Shown: in pieces, positions 1 to 10,700 of the stretch | Layout of the letters: each line of letters opens with the position of its first letter | Numbering within the stretch: position 1 is the stretch's first letter | IMG/VR virus record: IMGVR_UViG_3300042566_000510 | Coordinates: 1 to 64,000 of that record | DNA: 64,000 nt | DNA from: a virus | Reading direction: 5' to 3' (one strand) | Position numbers and translations under genes: made by a program | Notes under the pieces: model-generated | Told to the model about the DNA's origin: nothing | What the model saw: only the letters and a program-made list of their open reading frames with translations | The model's database searches: none

Positions 1-69
1 ATCATTCAGATCCTGGACGACGTCAAAGAGCTCGTCTGCGACACGATTTACCTGTTGACACTCAAGTGA
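1..69 (+). CDS. 3' end of a small helical phage protein (partial; resembles ferritin-like DUF5856-type C-termini)
   Basis: Frame 1 reads IIQILDDVKELVCDTIYLLTLK-stop; the TGA overlaps the portal GTG (GTGA coupling). Confidence 0.5.
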   Translation: MIQILDDVKELVCDTIYLLTLK

Positions 70-2474
70 GCGCAGTAGAACAAACCGAATACGCACTGGC
101 CGCTGCTGACCAGTTGCGCGACGAAGCACCCACGCAAGCTCTCGATGCTTTGGGCGTTGAGCTGCTGGCCGAGTTCTCTCGTGCCGAGCTCGAGCGCCGC
201 CTGACCGAAGAGCGCTGGCTGCAAGACATCCGTCAGTACCGTGGTCGCTATGACCCAGACGTTCTGGCCGCGATTGGTCCGAACCGCTCGAAGGCGTTCG
301 TCCGCAAGACTCGCGTCAAGGTGAAGACGATCAACAGCCGCGTGGCTGACTTGCTCTTCCCTGCTGGAGGCGAAAAGAACTGGGAGATTGACAGCACGCC
401 CGTGCCAAGCGTCTCCAAAGAACAGCGCGCCATGGCCGCGGCTGAGCTCACAAAGATGGCTCATGCGCAAGCTCAAGCACAAGCTGATGCGCAAGCTCAG
501 CAGCAAGGCCAGCCAGGAATCCAGGTTCCTCCGCCCGGTAAGGTTCCTCCGCAAGCTGTCGATCAGTTCATCTTGAACTTGGTCAAGGCTGCATCAAAGA
601 AGATGTCCAAGGTGATCGAAGACCAGTTGGTCGAGGCTCGCTACAAGGACGTCTGCCTGAAGACTATTCACTCCGGCCACCTGTACGGCACGGGGATCAT
701 GAAAGGCCCACTGGTCGAGCGCAAGATCCGCACAACCTTTGTGCAGACTGTCAAGGGCTGGGAAGCTAAGAACGAATCCTACGTGGTGCCGTTCGTGGAT
801 TACGTGCCGATCTGGCGCTTCTATCCCGACATGAACGCCACCGACTTGGACCAGTGCAAGTATGTGTACGAGCGTCACAACATGACCCGTGCCGACTTGG
901 TTGAGCTGTCCAAGCGCAAGAGCTTCAACACCCAGAAGATTGTTGACTACGTCAAGGCTCATCCAGACGGCGAGATCAAGCTGCGCTACTACGACAACGA
1001 GCTGCGCATCATCGGTGAGCGTACGGCCAACCAAGGCAACAAGCAGAACCAGTACGAGATCCTCGAGCGCTGGGGCTACATCGATGGCGCCAAGCTCAAG
1101 AGCGTCGGCGTGAACGTGCCAGAAGAGCGCATCCACGAGACCTTCTTCTCCAACGTCTGGATCCTGCCAAACGGCGAAGTGATCAAGGCGGTGTTGCAGC
1201 CGATCAACGGCGTGACCTGGCCGTATCACATGTACTACTTCGACAAGGACGAAACATCGATCTTTGGCGAAGGCGTCGCAGCCATCATGCGTGACGACCA
1301 GACCATGCTCAACGCCTCTGTGCGGATGATGCTGGACAACAGCGCGATTGCCTCTGGCCCAATGCTCGAGGTGAATCCTGGCTTGCTGGCCAACACCGAC
1401 CGCATGGATGAGATGTACCCCTGGAAGATCTGGTTCCGCAACAGCGCGCAGCCAGGTCAAAGGGCGGTCGAGAGTATCCAACTCGAGAGTAAGTTGGGCG
1501 ATCTGTCTGGCATGGCCGATCGCTTCGACAACAACATCGACGAGACCACAGCGATCCCTCGCTACATGAGTGGCGAGAATGTTGGCTCCGGCGCTGCCGG
1601 CACTGCTTCCGGCATGTCCATGCTGTTGGGCGCTGCCAATATCGCGATCAAGGACTTGATCAGCGCATGGGATGAGGGCGTGACCCGTCCTTTCCTGACG
1701 TCGCTGTATCGCTGGAACATGCAGTTCCACAAGGACAATGCCATCAAGGGCGACTTCGACGTCAAAGCTCGGGGCACATCGTCACTGGTGGCTCGTGAGG
1801 TGCGCGCTCAGCAGCTGGATATCTTCAGCCAAGCTGTCGCCAACCCCATGGATGCGCCATTCGTCAAGCGCGACGCACTGCTGCGTCAACGCGCAGAAGC
1901 TCACGAGCTCTCCGACATCGTCAAGACGCAGGAAGAGGTCGAAGCCGAACAGAACAGCCCAATGGGTCAGATGCAGCAGCAAATGGCCATGGCTCAAGCT
2001 CAGCTCACTGTGCAAGAGATGCAAGGCAAAGCAGCCAAGGCCATGGCCGAAGCAGAGCTTGCCAGTGCCCGTGCTCGAGAGACGCTGGCCAACATCGACA
2101 AGATCATCGCCGAGTCGGTCAACAAGAAGGTCGAGGCTGTGTACGCAGCGCTGCAAGCTGGCGGCGTGGCGACGTCGAATCCGACTATCGCTCCTGCCGG
2201 CGACGAGATCCTGCGCTCTGCTGGTTGGGTGGATGCAACGCCAGATCCGACCATTGCTCAGCTCAACACTCAGCCTGTGCAGCAAGAGGATGGCACGATG
2301 GTTCGCATGAACCGTGGCCAAGCATTCGCGCAAGAGCCTCGTGGCAACACCAACCCATCCGAGCCAGGATTGCCTGCCGATGCCAACCCACAGATGGCAG
2401 CTCCTGAAGCCGAGCCCCGTCCTGCCACTGGCATGAACGGCGTGCGCGGCGGCATCGAGACGCCGGAGGTCTGA
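66..2474 (+). CDS. Portal protein (P22/podovirus-like)
   Basis: 802 aa at the head of the virion module, upstream of scaffold and capsid; portal-like segments (LYGTGIMKG, IFGEGV..IMRDDQ..LN, TASGMSML) and a Gln-rich coiled-coil C-terminus. Confidence 0.85.
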   Translation: MSAVEQTEYALAAADQLRDEAPTQALDALGVELLAEFSRAELERRLTEERWLQDIRQYRGRYDPDVLAAIGPNRSKAFVRKTRVKVKTINSRVADLLFPAGGEKNWEIDSTPVPSVSKEQRAMAAAELTKMAHAQAQAQADAQAQQQGQPGIQVPPPGKVPPQAVDQFILNLVKAASKKMSKVIEDQLVEARYKDVCLKTIHSGHLYGTGIMKGPLVERKIRTTFVQTVKGWEAKNESYVVPFVDYVPIWRFYPDMNATDLDQCKYVYERHNMTRADLVELSKRKSFNTQKIVDYVKAHPDGEIKLRYYDNELRIIGERTANQGNKQNQYEILERWGYIDGAKLKSVGVNVPEERIHETFFSNVWILPNGEVIKAVLQPINGVTWPYHMYYFDKDETSIFGEGVAAIMRDDQTMLNASVRMMLDNSAIASGPMLEVNPGLLANTDRMDEMYPWKIWFRNSAQPGQRAVESIQLESKLGDLSGMADRFDNNIDETTAIPRYMSGENVGSGAAGTASGMSMLLGAANIAIKDLISAWDEGVTRPFLTSLYRWNMQFHKDNAIKGDFDVKARGTSSLVAREVRAQQLDIFSQAVANPMDAPFVKRDALLRQRAEAHELSDIVKTQEEVEAEQNSPMGQMQQQMAMAQAQLTVQEMQGKAAKAMAEAELASARARETLANIDKIIAESVNKKVEAVYAALQAGGVATSNPTIAPAGDEILRSAGWVDATPDPTIAQLNTQPVQQEDGTMVRMNRGQAFAQEPRGNTNPSEPGLPADANPQMAAPEAEPRPATGMNGVRGGIETPEV

Positions 2475-2716
2475 TGGAAGACGACGGCCTGCGCGCAATG
2501 CGCCAACTGCAGGACTCGGCCCGCGCTGTGGGCGAGTTCCGCGGTACAGATCCTTTAAAGCACGTCGACCAGATGCTCACGCACTTGGCTGATGTGTACA
2601 AGACACAGCTCGCTGACATCAAGGTTGAAGACCTGGTCCGCGTGCAAGCAAACCTCAAGCAGACCCTGACGATCAGGGCTGTGATCCGCGGCAGCCAACC
2701 TCTGCCGCTGGTATAG
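2474..2716 (+). CDS. Hypothetical protein between portal and scaffold
   Basis: 80 aa ORF coupled to the portal stop (TGATG), GGAGG upstream. Confidence 0.75.
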   Translation: MEDDGLRAMRQLQDSARAVGEFRGTDPLKHVDQMLTHLADVYKTQLADIKVEDLVRVQANLKQTLTIRAVIRGSQPLPLV

Positions 2717-2811
2717 ATCTTTGTCCCCCAGCTATCAAGTAATCCTTGACAGCTGGGACAGCCAAAGCCGGGCGACCGGCTCTCAACCGGAAGCCTAACG
2801 AAAGGAAACTT

Positions 2812-3906
2812 ATGGCAACCCAAGACCAAATGAAGGATGACCAGGACGCATACAGCGCCGCCTTCAACGAAGAAGAACAGACCAAACAAGAGCCCACCGA
2901 AGACGAAGCGTTCGGCCTTGCTGGACCTACGACTGCGGACAATGCGGCCGAAGACGGTTCTGATGGCCAAGCCAGCGAACCCGTCGACATCGCCATCGTG
3001 ATTGACGGCGGCGACATGGAGAAGCAAGCCGAAGACATGCGCGCCAGAGAGACGGCCGAAGAAGCCGCCGAAATGCCAGGTCAAGACGGCGCCTCCGAAG
3101 AGGCTGGTGAAGGTGACGCCTCTCAGGTCGAAGCGCCAAACGTCGACATGGAGAAAGAAGTCCAGCGCCTCAAGTCATGGGAAGGTCGCCTCAAGGCGAT
3201 GGAAGCCAAGCTCAAGGCTGCCGGTACTGACACCCCAGAAGAAGAGCAAGAGGTCGTGAGCGAGGCCATTGAACAGGCTGCAGACGCAACCGACACTCCA
3301 GCCGACGAAGAGAAGGTTGAGCAGATTGCTGACCAAGTCGAGTCCGGCGCCATCACTCCTGAGCAAGCCATGAAGCAGTTGGCCGAAGACTTCGGCGACG
3401 ACTTCGTGAAGATGATCGAAGCCATCGCTGTGGCCAAAGCCAAGGAAGCCGGCGGCGCTGCTGCCAGCGAGAAGTTTGGCGAGTTGAAGGGTACCGTGGA
3501 TGAGGTGATCGCCGACATCGTCGACACCAAGGCCAAGGCTCACTTCGAGCAAATCGCGGCTGTCCATCCTGACTTCCAGGAAATCGGCGCCAGCGAAGAG
3601 TTCAAGCAGTTCGTTGATGGCATGCCTGACGCCGACAAAGAAGCCACCATGCAAGTGATTGCTGGCGGCACGGCCAAGGAGATCAACAAGCTGTTGACCG
3701 CGTTCAAGAACAGCGGCGCCGCGGCTGAAGCCCCAGGCGAAGACAACGGCGGCTTGACTGAAGCTCAAGGCGAATCCGTGGTCGACGAAGCTGTCGCTGA
3801 AGACCCAGCACTCGACGCTGCTGAAGGCGTGCGCTCCTCTGGCATGAAGTTGCCCGAAGAGCCCAAGGCCGGCGGCAACTACGAAGACGCTTGGAACGAC
3901 TACTGA
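2812..3906 (+). CDS. Capsid scaffolding protein
   Basis: Very acidic helical protein between portal and MCP; RBS AAAGGAAAC before ATG 2812; IAAVHPDF motif typical of podovirus scaffolds. Confidence 0.75.
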   Translation: MATQDQMKDDQDAYSAAFNEEEQTKQEPTEDEAFGLAGPTTADNAAEDGSDGQASEPVDIAIVIDGGDMEKQAEDMRARETAEEAAEMPGQDGASEEAGEGDASQVEAPNVDMEKEVQRLKSWEGRLKAMEAKLKAAGTDTPEEEQEVVSEAIEQAADATDTPADEEKVEQIADQVESGAITPEQAMKQLAEDFGDDFVKMIEAIAVAKAKEAGGAAASEKFGELKGTVDEVIADIVDTKAKAHFEQIAAVHPDFQEIGASEEFKQFVDGMPDADKEATMQVIAGGTAKEINKLLTAFKNSGAAAEAPGEDNGGLTEAQGESVVDEAVAEDPALDAAEGVRSSGMKLPEEPKAGGNYEDAWNDY

Positions 3907-3908
3907 TC

Positions 3909-4121
3909 ATGCCTTTGATCAAATCTGCAGCCGACGAAGCAGTCGGCAAGAACATCGCCAAAGAGCAAGCGGACGGCAAGCCTCACAAGCAAGCCGTCGC
4001 CATCGCTCTGGCGGTGCAGGAACGAGCCAAGAAGCAGGAAGCTGCTGACACCGGCAAGTCCGTTCGCAATCCAGCCAAGGAAGACGCGACAGAGTACGCG
4101 AAAGCCTGGAAGGACGAGTAA
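3909..4121 (+). CDS. Small conserved phage protein (MPL..NI..E..GKP.KQAVAIAL family)
   Basis: Recognisable motif GKPHKQAVAIAL; ATG 2 nt after the scaffold stop. Confidence 0.75.
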   Translation: MPLIKSAADEAVGKNIAKEQADGKPHKQAVAIALAVQERAKKQEAADTGKSVRNPAKEDATEYAKAWKDE

Positions 4122-4440
4122 TAGCTGATCCACCATGTGTGGAAACAGTATCGAGGTCGCTTTCACAGCCGGCGACCTTGTCAAGAATGTGGCAGGCAGT
4201 CCACTCGATCTGCCTCACAGCCGGTGTAGCGGGATGCACCGGATACCAAACATCCTGCACTTTGGAGCACGACGAACCAGTCGCGCATGAGAAAAGAATT
4301 CTCGGGATACGCCGCAAGGTGCCCCGCATGAGAGTTCTCGCGTATCTGCACACGGCACACGGGATAAGTCCACACGCTCCTTTTTGAAATGACTGTGAAA
4401 ACAGCAAACTGAAAACGTCATTAACGAAAGGAAACTCACA

Positions 4441-5424
4441 ATGACTACTACCGCTTACGGCGATATTTCGCCCCGTACCGCTGCTTACGCTGAAAAAGAA
4501 CTGCTGAAGCGCGGCCTCCCTTACCTCGTGTTGGAAAAGTTCGGTCAAGCCAAGGCTTTGCCCGAGCACGCCACCAAGGTGATCAAGTTCCGTCGCTACA
4601 ACGCACTGCCAAACACCCCTACGGCTTTGACCGAAGGCGTGACTCCAGCAGGTCAAGCGTTGACCGTGACTGACGTGACTGCCACCCTCGCCCAGTACGG
4701 CGACAAGGTGACCATCACTGACGTGATCTTGGACACTCACGAAGATCCAACTCTGAACGAGTCTGTTGCCCTCTTGGGTGAACAAGCCGCTCAGATGATC
4801 GAGAAGATGCGTTTCGGCGTGTTGAAGGCTGGCACTAACGTGTTGTACGCCAACGGCGCTGCTCGCACTGACGTGAACACAGCGATCTCCTTGACCATCC
4901 AGCGTCGCGCAGTGCGTGCCCTGAAGCGTCAAAACGCTCGCTTCATCACGACCGTGGTTCGTTCGACACCTTCGTTCGGCACCGAGAACGTGGCTCCTGG
5001 CTTCGTCGCCTTGATCCACCCTGACCTCGAGGCTGACGTCCGTTCGTTGACCGGCTTCGTTCCTGCTGAAAAGTACGGCACGATGACCCCATGGGAAAAC
5101 GAAATCGGCAAGTGCGAAGACGTGCGCTACTTGAGCTCTACCATCTTCAGCCCCTTCGCTGATGGCGGTGGCGACAAGGGCACCATGTTGTCCACTACCG
5201 GCACCAAGGCCGACGTGTACCCCGTGTTGTTCGTTGCTCGCGACGCCTACGGCATCGTGGCATTGAAGGGCATGTTCGCGTTGACCCCAATGGTCGTGAA
5301 CCCCAAGCCAAGCGATTCCGATCCTTTGGCCCAACGTGGTCACGTCGGCTGGAAGGCAATGCAGACTTGCACGATCTTGAACGACGCATGGCTCGTTCGC
5401 GTGGAAGTTGCGGCTACGGCCTAA
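4441..5424 (+). CDS. Major capsid protein, N4-gp56 family
   Basis: 327 aa; motifs LEKFGQ, IKFRRY, LTEGVTP, QYGD, DPLAQRGHVGWK; strong RBS and strongly biased codons. Confidence 0.93.
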   Translation: MTTTAYGDISPRTAAYAEKELLKRGLPYLVLEKFGQAKALPEHATKVIKFRRYNALPNTPTALTEGVTPAGQALTVTDVTATLAQYGDKVTITDVILDTHEDPTLNESVALLGEQAAQMIEKMRFGVLKAGTNVLYANGAARTDVNTAISLTIQRRAVRALKRQNARFITTVVRSTPSFGTENVAPGFVALIHPDLEADVRSLTGFVPAEKYGTMTPWENEIGKCEDVRYLSSTIFSPFADGGGDKGTMLSTTGTKADVYPVLFVARDAYGIVALKGMFALTPMVVNPKPSDSDPLAQRGHVGWKAMQTCTILNDAWLVRVEVAATA

Positions 5425-5522
5425 GCAACCTGACGGCTCAGCAATGGGCCGTTAATCAACACAATGGCCTAGCGCTGGGCCATTCCAATTTGGTGCGCAG
5501 TAGTTAATGCGACCAACCCGGC

Positions 5523-5554
5523 GCCGGGGCGGGAAATCCCCGGCACATCTTTTT
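5523..5554 (+). terminator. Probable intrinsic terminator after the MCP
   Basis: GCCGGGG/CCCCGGC stem followed by ACATCTTTTT. Confidence 0.55.
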
Positions 5555-5568
5555 CTGTGAGGAACCAT

Positions 5569-5934
5569 ATGACATCCAAAACCACTCAAGTCTCGGACAT
5601 CGACGACACCAAGCCAACCACTGCTGCTGAGGCTCCCTCAAAGAGCTCTGGCGGCGGCGCTAAGCGCGCAGTGCGAGTTGACGGCCATGACATCGCTTTG
5701 TCTGGCGACAAGAAGACCATCACCATCCACACCTCTGAAGCCGACGGCGGCCAGGATGCGGTGCCAATCGGTCTGAACGGCTACATGTACCAGGTGCCAC
5801 GCGGCGTGCCTGTCGAAGTGCCCACCGAGATCGTCAAGATTCTCGAGAACGCCCGAACCTCAACCTTCCATCCCACCAAGGATGGCGAGCTGGTCGAGCG
5901 CGTCCACAACCGCTTCGCTTTCAGCGTTCACTAA
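5569..5934 (+). CDS. Conserved virion-associated protein after the MCP
   Basis: GAGG RBS; motif GLNG..YQVPRGVPVEVP..IV.ILENA common downstream of N4-gp56-type MCP genes. Confidence 0.75.
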   Translation: MTSKTTQVSDIDDTKPTTAAEAPSKSSGGGAKRAVRVDGHDIALSGDKKTITIHTSEADGGQDAVPIGLNGYMYQVPRGVPVEVPTEIVKILENARTSTFHPTKDGELVERVHNRFAFSVH

Positions 5935-5954
5935 TCATCGCCACGAGGTAGCAC

Positions 5955-6728
5955 ATGGCGGCAAACACGTACGTAAAGGATCTCCTGTTTCGGGTCTCGA
6001 ACCAGTTACATGACATCTCCCCGCAATTCAATCGCTGGACCCAGCGCGAGCTCGTGTCGTGGCTCAATGATGGACAGCGTGCAATCGCGAAGTACGTGCC
6101 CAGCTCATGCTCCCGTGTCGACGCTATCAAGCTGAAGCCAGGCACCAAGCAGTCGATTAGCACCATTCCGTCCGCCAGCGTTATCCCTGGCGACGGATCA
6201 ACCCCTGTCGCCATAAGCGGCGTGGCGCTCATGTCCCTCGTTCGGAACATGGGCTCCAATGGCTCCACAATCGGCCGAGCTATCCGCTTGGTCGATCGTG
6301 AGACCCTTGATGCAAACTCGCCTGACTGGCACAGCGAAACGGACACAAAGGTCAGCGCCTACGTGTTCGACCCTCGCGTCCCTGACATGTTCTACGTGAG
6401 TCCTGGCGCGTCATCCACCACCAACGTGTGGGTGGAAGCCAGCTACATCGCCGACCCAACTGACGTCCCCTATTCCGGTACGTATACATGGGACGGTAGC
6501 GACACGACAAAGATCTCCATCGACGACACCTTCGTTGATGATCTGACCGACTACATCCTGTCCCGCGCCTACGGCAAGGACGCCGAGAACGCTGCCAACC
6601 TGGCGCTCGCTGGCGCCTATGCTCAGCAGTTCAAGGACAGCATCAGGTCTCACGCCACGGCTATCGCAAACATCAACCCAAACATTCAGGGCTTGGAAGG
6701 CAACCCGTTGCCATCGACGCCGAGGTAA
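5955..6728 (+). CDS. Head-tail adaptor / tail tubular A-like protein
   Basis: RWT..EL..WLNDGQ and DYILSRAY.KD motifs; position in the virion module. Confidence 0.7.
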   Translation: MAANTYVKDLLFRVSNQLHDISPQFNRWTQRELVSWLNDGQRAIAKYVPSSCSRVDAIKLKPGTKQSISTIPSASVIPGDGSTPVAISGVALMSLVRNMGSNGSTIGRAIRLVDRETLDANSPDWHSETDTKVSAYVFDPRVPDMFYVSPGASSTTNVWVEASYIADPTDVPYSGTYTWDGSDTTKISIDDTFVDDLTDYILSRAYGKDAENAANLALAGAYAQQFKDSIRSHATAIANINPNIQGLEGNPLPSTPR

Positions 6729-6731
6729 TGC

Positions 6732-7376
6732 ATGACACCGTCTGATCTCCTTCCCTACCTGTTGCCCGAAGTGCCAGGGGCTCCTGAAGCCCTAGCAAAG
6801 CAGGCAATCATGCGCGCTGCCAATGACTTCTGCTGGGAGACCGGCGTCTGGAATGAAATCCAAGACCCGATCTCAGTGGTCGATGGCGTCAACGAGTATG
6901 ACCTTGACGCGCCAAGCGGTGCGCAAATCGTCACCATCAAATCCATCTGGATGGTCAACCGCGAGCTCGTGCCCGTCACCATGGAGCGCCTGCAAGAGGT
7001 GATCCCTAACTGGCAAGAAGCTCAAGGCTCCGACCCCGCCTACTACAACTGTGCAACCGACTACAGCACGGTTCGTATCTACCCAATCCCCATGGGTGCC
7101 AACAGCGCAAAGATGACCATCCGCGCCATCTACACGCCCAACCAGTTCGGCAGCACATTGCCACAATTCTTGGTTGATAAATTCCTCGACGAAATCCTCG
7201 CCGGCGCCAAGTCACGACTTATGATAATGCCCGGCAAATCCTGGACAAATCCACAGCTTGCAATGGGTAACGCTATTGCATTCGCTGAAGGTGTTGTGCG
7301 CGCCAAGGTGTTCCAGGCTCACGACAAGGTTGCCGGCAGCGTTCGCGTTCGCCCTGTGCGATACGGCTACCGCTAA
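6732..7376 (+). CDS. Second adaptor / tail tubular A-like virion protein
   Basis: LPEVPGAP..A..DFC..T..W and GA..RLMIMPGK.WTNP motifs of podovirus adaptor-like proteins. Confidence 0.65.
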   Translation: MTPSDLLPYLLPEVPGAPEALAKQAIMRAANDFCWETGVWNEIQDPISVVDGVNEYDLDAPSGAQIVTIKSIWMVNRELVPVTMERLQEVIPNWQEAQGSDPAYYNCATDYSTVRIYPIPMGANSAKMTIRAIYTPNQFGSTLPQFLVDKFLDEILAGAKSRLMIMPGKSWTNPQLAMGNAIAFAEGVVRAKVFQAHDKVAGSVRVRPVRYGYR

Positions 7377-7402
7377 TCTCTTCACATCCACGCAGGTAAT
7401 TC

Positions 7403-7753
7403 ATGGCAGCAGCAACCTACGACTTCGAGATAGAACAGGGCGCAACCCTGCTCAAGCCCATTGTCTGGAAAGACAGCAGCGGCACGCCCGTCAATCTCAC
7501 GGGCTACAGCGCGAAGATGCAGGTACGCCAAAGCGCCGCATCGCCAGACGCGCTGCTCGAGCTGTCGACCGTCAACGGCAAGATTCAGATCACGCCATCC
7601 ACTGGCACGGTCACGCTCATCTTTAGCGCGACAACAACCGCTGCCATCACCTGGAAGCGCGGCAAGTACGACCTCGAGCTCACCTCTGGAAACGGAACCG
7701 TCACACGCCTCATTGAGGGTCAGATTACCGTTTCTCAGGAGATCACACGATGA
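7403..7753 (+). CDS. Small beta-rich tail/fibre-attachment protein
   Basis: IEQGAT..PVNLTGYSAKMQVR..YDLEL..RLIEG family commonly preceding tail fibres. Confidence 0.7.
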   Translation: MAAATYDFEIEQGATLLKPIVWKDSSGTPVNLTGYSAKMQVRQSAASPDALLELSTVNGKIQITPSTGTVTLIFSATTTAAITWKRGKYDLELTSGNGTVTRLIEGQITVSQEITR

Positions 7754-10700
7754 GCGACCTCGTAGTTGTTGAAGAGGTTGGCTCGACCGTAGTCATCCAA
7801 GAAATCGCAGCGGCCGACACCATTGAGGTTGTTGGCCCTGGTCCGCAAGGTCCATCGGGCACCATCGCTGTTGGCACGGTCACAACTGGAGCTCCAGGCA
7901 GTCAGGCGACGGTCACCAATAGTGGCACGTCTACCAGTGCAGTGTTCGACTTCACCATCCCAAAGGGCGAGGCAGGTGACGTTGCTGCCGGCTCGCTTCG
8001 CTACGACATAACGCAGAGCCTAAACAGCACCCAGAAGGCTCAGGCTCAGTCCAACATCGGCCTTGACGATATTCAGGTTGACGTCGTATTTGGCTCAGGT
8101 CGCCGCATCTTTGGTGACTTCAGCAATGCCTCACTGCTCAGCCGAGTCTTTGTGCAGACCAGCACGCCAAACGCGTCTACCGTATTTGGTTTGCTGCCAA
8201 GTGGTACGGCCGTTAATTCGCAGTTTCACGTCTGGGGCAATTCTGACCCTACCAATTCCCCCCTCGGCGCACTGATCATCAACTCGACGTCCGTGCGCTT
8301 GCAGTCTACCGCTGCAGGCACAGGCACTGTGTTGCCGCTCGAGTTCTTTGTTGGCTCATCAGAGGCCGCTCGGTTTGACGCCGCAACGCGCAACCTGTTG
8401 ATTGGCAGCACCGTCGACGACGGAGTTCATAAGCTCCAGGTCAATGGCTCGGTCAGCGCCACGCAGTTCAGCGGCAGCGCTGCCGGTTTGACCGGTCTTA
8501 AAACCATCAACGGCAATAGCATTCTCGGCACTGGTGACATCACCATTTCCGCTTCCGCGGGCGTGAGCAGCTTCAACACTCGTACTGGCGCAATCACGCT
8601 TGGCTCAAGCGACGTCACGACGGCACTGGGTTTCACCCCGTACAGCGCCGCCAACCCTAGCGGCTACATCAGCGGCATCACGGGGTCGATGGTGACCACG
8701 GCGCTCGGATTTACGCCATACAGCGCAGCAAACCCAAGCAACTTCATTAGCGGCATCACCGGCTCAATGGTGACTACCGCTCTCGGCTTCACCCCTGCTA
8801 CAGCAGCGGCTGGGCAGCCAACAGGCGGCACCGCTGGGCAGGTGCTGTCCAAGATCGACGGCACCGACTACAACAGCACTTGGATCGACAACTTCGCCAC
8901 AGACATCCGCGTCCTGGTGAAGAACAGCACCGGCGCCACATTGGCCAAGGGTACGGTTGTTTACATCTCCGGCGCCAACGGCGCCAACATCATCGTCAGC
9001 AAAGCTCAGGCAAACGCTGAATTTAGCTCAAGTAAAACCTTTGGCATCTTGTTGCAAGACCTTGCCAACAACGCGATTGGCTACGCGGTGTGCGAAGGCG
9101 CGCTGTCAGGCGTCGATACCTCGGCTGCGGTTGAGGGCGACCCAGTTTGGCTGTCTCCAACGACTGCTGGCGGACTCATCTTTGGCCTATCCAACAAGCC
9201 TGTCGCACCCAATCACATGGTGTACCTGGGCGTGGTCTCACGCTCGAACAGCAACAACGGCGTCATCCAGGTCAAGATTCAGAACGGCTACGAGCTCGAT
9301 GAACTGCACGACGTACTTATCACATCGGCCGCGACCAATCACTTCTTGGTGCGCGCATCCGACGGGTTGTGGAAGAACCGCGCACTGGGTAGCAGCGACA
9401 TCACTACTGCGCTGGGTTTCACGCCCTACAACGCGACCAACCCAAGCAACTACATCGACACAGCCGGAGCACGCGCAGCAATCAGCGTCACAGGCTACGC
9501 CACGTATGACTCATCCACTGGCGTGATCAACGTCATCGGAGGTGGCGGGGAAGGCGGTGGCGTCCTGTCTGTAAATGGTTACACCGGCATTGTCACTCTC
9601 ACCAAGAGCGACATCGGCCTGAGCAACGTCGATAACAAGTCCTCGGCCACCATCCGTGGCGAGATCACCAGCGGCAACGTGACCACAGCTCTGGGCTTCA
9701 CGCCTGCCAACGCGGCCTCTCTGGCGACCGTTGCAACCACTGGCGCGTACTCGGATCTCACTGGCAAGCCAACTCTGTTCTCTGGTGCCTACGCAGACCT
9801 GACCGGCAAGCCAACCGCGCTGTCGGCTTTCACCAACGACACCAACTTCATCACCACGGCTGGCGCTCGCTCGGCTGTAAGCGCATCGGGCTCCCTGTCA
9901 TACGACAGCGGTACAGGCGTTTTCAGCTACACAGCTCCGACGACTGTCTCCTCGTTCACGAACGACTCTGGCTACATCACGAGCTCGGCTCTGTCGCCTT
10001 ACCTGACCAGCGCGTCAGCGGCATCGACGTACCAGACTCAAGCCGGCATGTCGTCCTACCTGACCACGGCTGACGCGTCTACGACCTACCAGACCCAGTC
10101 TGGCATGAGCTCGTATCTAACAACGGCAGCAGCGGCCGCGGCCTACCTGGCGCTCTCCGGTGGCGCGCTTACGGGCAACCTCACCTTTGCCACTGGCACG
10201 CGCATCACGGGCGACTTCACCAACGCAACGCCATCCAGCCGCGTCATGGTGCAGACCAGCACTGCAAACAGCGCAACGTATTTCGGCCTGCTGCCAAACG
10301 GAACCGCGATCAACACGCAGTTCCACATCTTTGGCTCATCCGATCCGGCTAATGCCCCTTACGGCGCATTCACAATCAACGCCACTGCCGTGCAGGTTGC
10401 GTCAACCGCATCTGGCACTGGCACTGTGTTGCCATACCGTGTGATTGTCGGCTCGACGGAAGTCTTCCGCGCAACCACCGGAGCCAACTTCCTAATCGGC
10501 ACAACGACCGACAACGGCACAGACAAGCTGCAAGTCAACGGTAGCGTGTCGGCAACCTCGTTCAGCGGCGCAGGCACCGGCCTCACCGGCACGGCTGCAA
10601 GCCTGAGCATCGGCGGATCTGCTGGCTCGGTCGCTTGGGCTAATGTCACAGATCGCCCAACGGCGCTCTCCAGCTTCACCAACGACAGCGGCTACATCAC

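Noticed and set aside
4124-4150. Possible hammerhead ribozyme (CTGAT..CCAC/GTGG-AAAC)
   Set aside because: The core lacks the required CUGANGA, and there are no convincing stems I and III.
594-5343. Long antisense ORFs (594-1730, 1782-2498, 2263-3084, 3919-5343) and similar ones opposite other genes (20521-21399, 30253-31155, 32407-33357)
   Set aside because: These are shadow frames of strongly codon-biased genes, with no RBS and no protein motifs.
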